A DNA stretch of 64,000 bases from a virus (lineage: Duplodnaviria > Caudoviricetes): IMG/VR virus record IMGVR_UViG_3300020042_012633, positions 1 to 64,000 of that record; one strand, written 5' to 3'. The notes under the pieces were generated by a model. It saw only the letters and a list, made by a program, of their open reading frames with translations. It did not search any database and was not told the DNA's origin. Below are positions 43,201 to 52,700 of the stretch, piece after piece. The translations under genes were made by a program, and so were the position numbers. Each line of letters opens with the position of its first letter. The first letter of the stretch is position 1.

Positions 43201-44747
43201 TCCAGTTAAAGGAAGATATAGTGGTGCAAAAGATGCTGTTAATGCATTAGATGCACTTAGTGCATATGAGGCACTTAAGGCAGGATTAGCACTTGTATGT
43301 ATTAGTCCGTTTACATAAGATGCAGTTTGTGCTGTTACAATGTATGATGCTGTTAATGCATTTGATGCACTTAAGGCTCTATTTGTACTTGTAAATATTG
43401 AACCTGTTACAAAAGAAGCACTTTGTGCTGTTATAATGTAAGATGCTGTTAATGCATTTGATGCACTTAATGCATATGAGGCACTTAAGGCAGGATTAGC
43501 ACTTGTAAATATTGAACCTGTTACAAAAGAAGCTGTTCCGAATAGAGATCCTGTTATTGAACCGTTTACTTTTAATGATCCTGTTATTTCAACTACAGAA
43601 TCGTATGCATATATTAAGTTTGATCGAGCTACATCTGCTGTTCCGTTTCCATGAATAAAAGCTCCTGCTACTGATGATGAAATACTAAACTGACCTTGTA
43701 CGTGTTGATAGTCTCCTGATGCTATTGTATAGTATCCTTCTGCATGTGAAGAAATTCCTGATGCTAGTGTGGAAGTTCCTTCTGCGTGTGAATAAGATCC
43801 TGATGATGTTGTGCTGTCCCTTCTGCATGTGAAGAAATTCCTGATGCTAGTGTAGATTGTCCTTCTGCATGTGAACCTGCTCCTGATGCTGTTCCACCAG
43901 CTTCATCTACCCAGTCGTCTCCATCAAAATATCGACCTCCCCCTTCTGCATGGGAATAGTATCCGCTTGCAGCAGCTACATTTCCTTCTGCATGTGATGC
44001 ATATCCTGATGCTATTGTGCTCTCTCCTTCGGCATGTGAATAGTCTCCTGATGCTATTGTATTAGACCCCTCTGCATGTGAAGAAATTCCTGATGCTAGT
44101 GTAGATTGTCCTTCTGCATGTGAGTAGTCTCCTTGTGCTGTTGCGCTACTTCCTTCTGCATGTGAAGATTGGCCTGATGCTAGTGTAGATTGGCCTTCTG
44201 CATGTGAGTAGACTCCATATGCCACTGTAATATTTCCTTCTGCATGTGCACTTTTTCCTGATGCTGTTGTACCCTTTCCTTCTGCATGTGAACCTGCTCC
44301 TGATGCTGTTCCACCAGCTTCATCTACCCAGTCGTCTCCATCAAAATATCGACCTCCCCCTTCTGCATGGGAATAGTATCCGCTTGCAGCAGCTTCATAT
44401 CCCTCTGCATGTGAATAAGGTCCTGATGCTGATGTATCAATTCCTTCTGCATGTGAGGCTTCTCCAGATGCTAGTGTAGATTGTCCTTCTGCATGTGAAC
44501 CATATCCTGATGCTACTGTATTATCTCCTTCTGCATGTGAGTAGTTTCCTGATGCTATTGTATTTGCTCCTTCTGCATGGGAAGCTGTTGCTGATGCTAT
44601 ATTTCCTGGAGATCCTTGAGTAAAAGATCCTGGTATGTATAAAGAAGAGGTTGTAAACGTAGCTTGATTAACTCCGTCCACAGTAATTGTTATAGCGCTT
44701 TGGCTGAGTTGGTTAAAACCGTTAGGGATTTTGCCTATAAAATTCAT
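40252..44747 (-). CDS. Long tail fibre/adhesin (~1500 aa) with SHAEG (YadA/Hep-Hag-like) repeats, SASF/TGS repeats and a Gly-rich tip; one frameshift at 43818-43820
   Basis: ORFs 43764..44747 and 40252..42558 are joined by an open frame 43818 to 42559 (checked at 43683, 43203, 42843); GAA GG(N) GAC AGC lacks 1 nt. Confidence 0.85.
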
Positions 44748-44762
44748 TGTTCTTTATTTTTT

Positions 44763-45095
44763 TTAACTAATTTCTAATACTGATACAACTACGTCTGCTG
44801 AAGTGGCTGCTGAAGATACTACTGTTAGGTTGTCTAAGGCACTCATTACTACTTTCTGTTCACCTCCTACTAATACAAGACTTCCATTCGCAGGTACATT
44901 AGCATTCTTAACCAAATATACTGTTTTACTTTGTGAATTGCTCGTTAGGGTTACGCTAACATTGATATTGGATGTTATTACATTAGCAACACTCATTCCT
45001 ATTACTGTGGTAGAGGTAGCTGCAGGTACTGTATAAACTATGACGTTTGATGTACCAATTGATCCGCTTATGCTATTTTTAAATATATTTGCCAT
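44763..45095 (-). CDS. Small beta-rich virion protein
   Basis: 110 aa MANIFKN..VYTVPAATSTTVIGMSVAN..; sits between fibre genes. Confidence 0.75.
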   Translation of the reverse strand: MANIFKNSISGSIGTSNVIVYTVPAATSTTVIGMSVANVITSNINVSVTLTSNSQSKTVYLVKNANVPANGSLVLVGGEQKVVMSALDNLTVVSSAATSADVVVSVLEIS

Positions 45096-45113
45096 TTTAT
45101 TTTATTTTATTTT

Positions 45114-46544
45114 TTATCCCAAAGCAATAGCATATGCTAAAGCTGTATCTAATACATTTACTCCGTTTACATTAACCTGTCCTCCAGATACATTTATACT
45201 ACCAGTTATTATAGTGCTACCTGATACTAGTAATGATCCTGTTATTATAGCTGATCCTGAGAATGGAAAAGTTGGTCTTCCACTTAATGCAAAAGATGCT
45301 GTTAGAGCATAAGAAGCACTTAGTGTAGGATTAGCACTTGTAAATATTGATCCTGTTACATAAGAGGCTGTTAGTGAATTTACTGCTTGAGAAGCACTTA
45401 AAGCGTAAGATGCACTAATAGAGTAGGAGCTTGATACTGCTTGAGAAGCACTTATTGCATAAGATGCACTAGTGGCATATGAACTTGATACTGATTGTAA
45501 AACATAAGAAGCTGTTAGAGCATAAGAAGCACTTAGTGCAGGATTACTATTTGTAAAAATTGAGCCTGTTACGTAAGAGGCTGTTAGTGAATTTACTGCT
45601 TGAGAAGCACTTAATGCATAAGATGCACTTTCTGCTTGCGATGAACTAACACTATAAGAAGCACTTAAAGCGTAAGAGCTTGATGCTGCTTGAGAAGCAC
45701 TTAATGCATAAGATGCACTAGTAGCGTAAGATGAACTTAAAGCGTAAGATGAACTTAAAGCGTAAGATGAACTTAAAGCGTACGAAGCACTTAGTGCAGG
45801 GTTAGCACTACTAAATATTGAACCTGTTACATAAGATGCTGTTCCAGATAAAGAACCTGTAAAGGATGTAGCTGTTACATTACTATTAACTCGAAGACCA
45901 CCTTGTTCTGATATAGAGGCTGATACTGAACCAGATACTATTTGTGATAGGTTTAAGCCTACTATTCCTGACGCAGGGATATTGTATAAGCCTGCTCCTG
46001 ATCCTGAGAATGATCCTGTTATGCCTCCTGTAGCAAGTATAGATCCTGATAGTATTTGATTTCCTATAAAGGTATTTGAACCTGTAGTTGCAAATGATCC
46101 AGATTTAGCTGTAAAGATTGGATCTGTTTCTGCAAAATAGGAAGCTGTTAATGCGTAGGATGCAGTTGTACTATTATTAGAATAGGAACTTGATATAGAT
46201 TTTGAACTTGAAACAGCCCACGATGCTGTACCAAATAATGAACCTGTTATTCCTTGAGATACGCTTAGTGATCCTGTAATTAGCAACGAACCTGATATAA
46301 CGGCGGATCCTGTATATGGAAAAGTTGAAACTACTGTAACTGTTGTTGTATTTCCAGTTCCAGATGCTACTACTCCTGCTCCTACAAAGTTAAGTGTTGT
46401 TACTGTAGAGGAAAGAGTTGATCCCTCATCTTTTGTTACTATTGTAGTTCCTCCACCTTCTCCTATAAAATAGGAAGCTGTTAATGCATTTACTGCCCAA
46501 GATGCTGTTGCTATCTGTTTACCCTGTATTGGTTGTAATGCCAT
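45114..46544 (-). CDS. Fibre-like structural protein with (A)LSASY hexapeptide repeats
   Basis: 476 aa S/A/T/G-rich; 18-bp tandem repeats near 45726-45780. Confidence 0.75.
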   Translation of the reverse strand: MALQPIQGKQIATASWAVNALTASYFIGEGGGTTIVTKDEGSTLSSTVTTLNFVGAGVVASGTGNTTTVTVVSTFPYTGSAVISGSLLITGSLSVSQGITGSLFGTASWAVSSSKSISSSYSNNSTTASYALTASYFAETDPIFTAKSGSFATTGSNTFIGNQILSGSILATGGITGSFSGSGAGLYNIPASGIVGLNLSQIVSGSVSASISEQGGLRVNSNVTATSFTGSLSGTASYVTGSIFSSANPALSASYALSSSYALSSSYALSSSYATSASYALSASQAASSSYALSASYSVSSSQAESASYALSASQAVNSLTASYVTGSIFTNSNPALSASYALTASYVLQSVSSSYATSASYAISASQAVSSSYSISASYALSASQAVNSLTASYVTGSIFTSANPTLSASYALTASFALSGRPTFPFSGSAIITGSLLVSGSTIITGSINVSGGQVNVNGVNVLDTALAYAIALG

Positions 46545-46547
46545 ATC

Positions 46548-47774
46548 TTATGTAAATTTACCTACCATTATTATTTGGTCTGTGCTATCTAATGTATATC
46601 CTAAATTTGAAAAAGTTATAACAATGTTTGCTCCTGACTGAGCTGTTGCTCTGTTGTTTGCAGGTATAAATATTCCATTTATGTAAACTTGAAAGTCTTC
46701 TTCTCCTACAGAAGCAAAGTTTGTTGGTGCTGTTGCTATTGTTTTTACTAAGAACGTAGCAGTTGTGCTTGCTACTGTGTCTGCTAATGCTGTATTAGTT
46801 AGTCCTACGTATAGTATCTGTTCTGCTGTCATACCTGATTCTCCTTTTATTATTACTTGTCCCGTTGATAGTGGTTGATCATAAAACCTAGTTGCAGACC
46901 TTCTTACAGGTTCTAATGCTTTTTGTGTAAGAGATTGAATATCTCCTGCTGTTTCTATTCCAAAACTAACTGCTGCTTTAGAAAAGAATTTATTTGGATT
47001 AGCTACTGATGTATTTATTGCATCTGAAACTATGTATCCTGCTATTTTTATTTGAAAAGAAGTTTTTACTGTACGATCTCCTCCATCTATTAGCTCAGTT
47101 GTTGTTGAATAGTTATCAATAGAGGCTCTAAACTTAAATCTTTCAGGATCTCCCCAGTAAGAATCCGATGCAAAGTTAACAGATTCTATTATTTTATTCA
47201 TTTGTTCTACGTATTCTGTAAAAATTACGCAGGTATATACTAGATTTACGTAGTCTGGCATGATAACTCCGTAGTATTCTTTGACTGGAACTCTGTTATT
47301 TACAGTAGAAAAGTGATCATAGACGTTCTTTTTTGAGTATTTTTTCTCAAAAACACCAAAGTGAATTGGGTTATTTGCGTCCATTTTTTTGCCTAAAGTC
47401 CTGTTTTTCTCTATAGAATCACGTTTTACCATGATAAGAGGAGTCTGAATCTTACCGTTATTGTCTCTGTAAAATCCGTCTTTTTGCATAGAAGCCCACC
47501 TTTCAGGTGATCCGTATAGTATTGGTACGTTTACTTTTAAGCTGTTTTGGATTACTGATGGTCTGATTACATTATTGAAGTAGTAGAAGATTGATTCGTC
47601 TACGTCTTTTAGTCCTACTGAGAATTGCTTTACGTCATCTCCTTTAACACTTTTCTGATTCTCTCTTCTTTTGTTAGCAGGTACAGGAGCTTTGCCTTGA
47701 TTCAAATAAGGTTCAATGGTCTCTTGAGAAAGTTCTACTTGAGATTTTGGTATAGGTTTTCTAGTTAATGCCAT
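46548..47774 (-). CDS. Tail completion / sheath terminator-like protein (T4 gp15-like N-terminus)
   Basis: VPILYGSPERW..TPLIMVKR..MPDYV..YTCVIFTEY..QMN; position after neck genes. Confidence 0.65.
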   Translation of the reverse strand: MALTRKPIPKSQVELSQETIEPYLNQGKAPVPANKRRENQKSVKGDDVKQFSVGLKDVDESIFYYFNNVIRPSVIQNSLKVNVPILYGSPERWASMQKDGFYRDNNGKIQTPLIMVKRDSIEKNRTLGKKMDANNPIHFGVFEKKYSKKNVYDHFSTVNNRVPVKEYYGVIMPDYVNLVYTCVIFTEYVEQMNKIIESVNFASDSYWGDPERFKFRASIDNYSTTTELIDGGDRTVKTSFQIKIAGYIVSDAINTSVANPNKFFSKAAVSFGIETAGDIQSLTQKALEPVRRSATRFYDQPLSTGQVIIKGESGMTAEQILYVGLTNTALADTVASTTATFLVKTIATAPTNFASVGEEDFQVYINGIFIPANNRATAQSGANIVITFSNLGYTLDSTDQIIMVGKFT

Positions 47775-48262
47775 TAAATTCTTTGTTTAAGTAATCCTAC
47801 TTTGTCTGCTCTTGTTAAGTGGCAGATACAAATAATTGAAAGTGTTCCTCCAAAGTTTGGTCCGTAAGTAGTCAGTGCATAGTTCTCGTCTTTTCCTAGG
47901 AATAACTGGTTCTCCGTGGTGTTATCTACTTCATAGTAATCCTCATTCCACTGCACTATATCTCCTACCTCAGGGAAGGTATTTGCGTCTAATAAATCCT
48001 GTCTTAGAAATTTAAAGCTTACAGCTCTTATTGAGTCTACTCCGAAGTCGTCTACTGTTGTTTGTTGATCTCCTGTATCGATTAAACAGTTTAATTTTAT
48101 TGGAGACCAGAATAATTTATCTTGAGCCTCTCCGTATATGTTTGCTGTAGTTTGTTCCAAAGATATTTTATGGTATAGAACTTCCTGCTCTATTATATCC
48201 GATAATAGCTCTCTGTTTATTCCTACAAATAATTTAAAATCGTTTTGGCTTCCAAATATCAT
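47774..48262 (-). CDS. Neck / head-closure protein (T4 gp14-like)
   Basis: NIYGEA..P.KLNCLI..FPEVGDIVQW..YYEV. Confidence 0.7.
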   Translation of the reverse strand: MIFGSQNDFKLFVGINRELLSDIIEQEVLYHKISLEQTTANIYGEAQDKLFWSPIKLNCLIDTGDQQTTVDDFGVDSIRAVSFKFLRQDLLDANTFPEVGDIVQWNEDYYEVDNTTENQLFLGKDENYALTTYGPNFGGTLSIICICHLTRADKVGLLKQRI

Positions 48263-48567
48263 TATTCTATTTTTTCAATTGACTTAATTGAGATCTCTAC
48301 CTTTTTAATATTTGGTACTAATTTAAAAGTGTCTTTTTTTAATTTTTCAAATACGACTGGTCCTGGTTTTGCTGTAAGTATTTTTACTTTTAGGATTACT
48401 ATCCTAGTACTCTCATTTGAATCTACTGCTGATACCCTTGTTACTCCAGGCATAGCTCTTACAAAGTCAGCTACTTCAGATGCTGTTATTTCATCTGTGT
48501 GACCTACTCGAACCAATCCTTGGTACATTGTGAATGTTACTTCACTTATTAAATTTTTTACTTTCAT
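48262..48567 (-). CDS. Hypothetical late protein with MKVKNLISE leader
   Basis: 101 aa between neck genes. Confidence 0.7.
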   Translation of the reverse strand: MKVKNLISEVTFTMYQGLVRVGHTDEITASEVADFVRAMPGVTRVSAVDSNESTRIVILKVKILTAKPGPVVFEKLKKDTFKLVPNIKKVEISIKSIEKIE

Positions 48568-49724
48568 TATCCTACAAATATTACCATTGGAACTTGTTTC
48601 AGTGTATCTTGTAAAAAGTTTGCTTCTTGAGACTTTCTTTCTAATTGTGATACTCTTGATGTCTTTTCTAACATATCTCTTAAGTTAGTAATTAATGCTT
48701 CTTTTTCCGACCGTGAATCTGCTAACAGGTCTTGTTGGTTTAAAGTTGCTTCTGAGCCAGGAACTGGTACTGTTGTGTACTTGCCCCTAACATACGCTAA
48801 TGATTCTTTTGCAAGAGCCAAAGCATATTTATAAATCCACTGTCTTCCCATTGGATTAACTGCACTATATGTTGGATTTTCATAAGGTACGTTCGATATA
48901 TTTGTAATAGATCCTCCTACTCCTCCTGGAGTTGAAGCTGAGTCATCTAATAGTTGCTTGTCTGTTAGCTTATAGTATTCGAACCAAATTAATCCAGCTG
49001 ATTTTGGAGTTGGGAAAAGTCTTAGTTTATTATTATGTACTTCAAAAGAGTATGCTGATTTTCTTACTTGGTCATTAAACTCTATTGCTTGTACTTTTAG
49101 TAAGTCATAAGAGATTGGCATAAGAAGGAAGTTTACCCCTGGTGAGAATGAACCAAAATCAAATGCATCCATAAGAGATTGAATACCTGTTCCAGTTCCT
49201 GCGTAAGGGTCAAAGTATCTCATGATAGCAGGTGGTGCTTCGTAGTACACTTTTCGTATTTCTATACCTCCTGTTATTCCCTCAGCTTTTGCCCATGCGT
49301 TAAGATCGTACTCTTGTATGCTTGAAGAAACATTTATGTACCCTTTATTTAACGTGACGTTTCCTCCTACTCCGGCTTCTGTTCCATATGCTGAGGTTAT
49401 TCTGATTACGTTTTGAAGACTTGGAGTTATTACCGCTTCGTTTAAAGGATTGTTTATATCTCCTCCTTCTAACGATATGTAATTTTGAACTGCAAGAGCT
49501 TGGTACACTTCGTTACCATAAGTGGTAAGTGCTTCTTCAAAGCAAGCATATAAAGATCCTGATGTTAGTTCTACATCCATTAAAGGATATCCTAAACGTA
49601 TTGCACAGAATTTTGCTACTTTATCGGCTTCTGATTGAAAGGATGTATCACTATCGTAGAATCCAAATGGAGTTTGGCCTGCTTTAAAAGTAGAACTGCC
49701 ATTCCATATTTGTATGTTAGCCAT
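48567..49724 (-). CDS. Neck / head-tail adaptor protein (T4 gp13-like)
   Basis: RLGYPLMDVEL; WIYKYALALAKE..RGKY..VPG..ATLN; TATTTAT motif at 49745-49751. Confidence 0.75.
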   Translation of the reverse strand: MANIQIWNGSSTFKAGQTPFGFYDSDTSFQSEADKVAKFCAIRLGYPLMDVELTSGSLYACFEEALTTYGNEVYQALAVQNYISLEGGDINNPLNEAVITPSLQNVIRITSAYGTEAGVGGNVTLNKGYINVSSSIQEYDLNAWAKAEGITGGIEIRKVYYEAPPAIMRYFDPYAGTGTGIQSLMDAFDFGSFSPGVNFLLMPISYDLLKVQAIEFNDQVRKSAYSFEVHNNKLRLFPTPKSAGLIWFEYYKLTDKQLLDDSASTPGGVGGSITNISNVPYENPTYSAVNPMGRQWIYKYALALAKESLAYVRGKYTTVPVPGSEATLNQQDLLADSRSEKEALITNLRDMLEKTSRVSQLERKSQEANFLQDTLKQVPMVIFVG

Positions 49725-49785
49725 GTTATTTGTTTATTTTTATTATAAATATCAACCTATTTCAATAGCTAGTATTTTTGTAGAA

Positions 49786-52700
49786 TTAACCTACTCCTTG
49801 CGATCCTAGCCTTCTTACTACTGATGTTCCTTCTGATCCTGTTGTTAGCCAACCTGTTGTTGTACCTGTTAAGGTACTATTAGGTCCTGCAAACCATGTC
49901 CATGGTCCTGATCCTGAGGTTGCTGTTGAATTTACAACGTCTAGGTAATCTGACATTACTAATCCTGCTGGTGATTTACTTAGTGAGCCACCAGTAAGAT
50001 AAACTCGATTACCTGGTGTTCCTTTAACATCAAAATGTCCTACAGTTTGAGTAGTACCTGTAGCTAGAGACATTGTATGAGCTGAAGTTCCTGTGTCTCT
50101 TAGGTTTGTAAATGTATTACTTCCTTGAAAATGGTTAATGCCATTTGATGATCCTCTAGCAAAAACTACTTCGCCGTATGTTGGACTACCTCCACTAAAA
50201 GTAACAGCACTATTAGATGTATTGCTCATCTTTATAGTAGTATTAGGAAGATATATAGTAGAAGTAGTTGGAATAATCCAAGCTGAACCTGTTCCTGTTA
50301 CTGTTATTGTATTAACAGTAGAACTACTAATATTACAGTTACCTAATACATTTAAGGAACCTATACTTAGAATATTCATATTTGATGCTGATAGAAATCC
50401 TTCAATAGTTATTGATCCTGATGATGAGAAGTTGTCTAACAAGCTTTGAGTATATGGGGACTCTACTTTAATGGACTTTGTGAAAACCTTACCAGCTGTT
50501 TTTATAGTTCCATTACCATTGAATACTAAATCTGGAGTGGATGTTATGTCTGTAACAGTTCCTAGTGTTAGGCTTCCTGATATATTGAGAGTTTGGTTAT
50601 TTGTATTATTCCAGTTTGCTCTAGTAGTAGATATAAATAGTAGATTTGATATAGCTGCCGATAAAAAGGATAGTTGAAATGGTGATGTACTGTTTACAAA
50701 AACATTAGGTTTACCACTAGTGCCTAATGAAGCAGTAATAGGGCCTGTTCCTGTTCCTCCTATATAGAGATTGGTTGAGTAAAAAGTTGGACTAAATTCA
50801 ATTGATCTTGATGTAGCTGAACTTCCACTAATAAGTATGTTAGTTATGCTTGATGTATATTGTACGGGTGCAAAATTAAGCAGTGAACCAGTTCCTAGAT
50901 AGTGTAGGCTTGTTGCTGATATTTTGTTTGATGAAGCTCCTTGTGCTAATATGGAGCCAACATATATATTGTTTGAGGCAGATAGTTCTGCGTTTTCTAA
51001 CGTAAGTATTGAACTTGAAAAATTATTGGCCACTGCTACGGCAGAATTTATAATAGTTACTGGTGCGTTAGAAAGAATGCTTCCAGTTACGTTAAGATCT
51101 GGGGTTTCGAGTATCGTTAGTGTTCCTGTCTTTAGTTGCTCTTCTACTAGGGATAGGGAGTTAAATCCCGATCCAGAAAGAAGTAAATTAGGAGTTGCAG
51201 TAGTGCTTATTGAACTTGATAAAGTTAAGCTTCCGGTTATAGTTAAAGTCTGTCCCGCTACGTTATTCCAGTTTGCAGTACTACTTGATATAAACGATAG
51301 GCTTGATATTGTAGAAGTTGCAAAAGTTATAGGTGATGCTGCTGTACTAGTTACGTATACATTTGGCTTAGCTATTGTTCCAAAAGAGCCTGTTATTGAT
51401 CCTCCTCCAGCTCCTCCTAAGAATATTGTTGAGGGTCTAAACTGACTGTCGTAGTCAATTAATCTTGTTTGAGCTGTACTTCCATTATAGTACAGAGTAT
51501 TCATACTAGAGGTAAAGTTTAGTACTGCTGGAAGTGGCAGTGAACTTGTCCCTGTATAGTATACGGTATCTGCTATAAGGCTTTTACGTAATGTTCCAAG
51601 TACGTATAGTGGTCCAATAGATATGGTATTTGGAGCAGTTATGCTTGCTGCATCATCTAATGTAAGGGTACTACTTGAAAAATTATTAGTTACTGCTACT
51701 GAGCTTGATAAAATCGTAACTGCAGCATTACTTATTAGGCTTCCAGATACTTCAATAGCATTTGGAGTATCAATTGTAAGATTGCCAGTTTTTAGCTGTT
51801 TATCTACTAATTTTAAAGAAGTAAAACTTGAACCAGATAAAATTAAATTAGGAGTTGCGCTAGAGGTCATTGAACCTGTTAATTCCAACTTTTCAGTTAT
51901 AGTTACATCTTGTCCTGCTACATTGCTCCAATTTACATTACTACTTGATATAAAAAATAACGAGTTTAATCTAGATGTGGAGAATGATATAGGAGCTCTT
52001 CCAGTATTGGTTACATATACGTATGGAACTCTAGTTGAGCCTAATGAAGCTGATATTGTTCCTGATCCGCTACCTGCTAAATAAACTAAACCAGTTTTAT
52101 GCACACTATCAAACGTAAGAATTCTTTGTGCTGTAGCACTTCCTGTAACGTATATGGCAGTTAATTCAGGAGTAATATTAAAAGCACTAATATCACCACT
52201 ATTTGTGTATAAGTTACTAATTCCGGTATAAAGTAGATTAGGCGTATTTAGTGTTTTTGTTGCAGTTCCTGATCCGATAGCTAGGTTTCCAAGAGTTATA
52301 TCTTCTGAAGCAGAGACAGTTCCTTGATTAATAGTAAGCGTATTTGCAACTATATTAGTTGTCGTAAGTCCTAAATCTACACTACCAGAACTAACGGTTA
52401 ATGCTCCTGCAGTAAACTTAGAACCAGATAAACCAAACGTACCTCCTCCACCTAAAGTAAGTCCACTACTTGAAAAATCATTTTGTACCGCTACAGAACT
52501 AGTGTGGACAGTAACTGCTCCACTACTTGTTAGACTACCAGATATTATAATTGCATTAGGAGTATTGATTGTTAGCGAACCTATTTTTAATTCCTTACCT
52601 GCTAATTCAATTGAAGTGAAATTAGAACCAGAAAGGATTAAATTAGAAGTTTCTGTAACAGTCATTGAGCTTGTTAAGGTTAGGTTTCCTCCTATAGTCA

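Noticed and set aside
3778-45312. Plus-strand ORFs elsewhere (e.g. 12030..12410, 18089..18517, 21603..21992, 32712..33389) and alternate-frame minus ORFs (12055..12273, 12351..12545, 32877..33365)
   Set aside because: Fully overlap well-supported minus-strand genes, and all detected promoters point leftwards.
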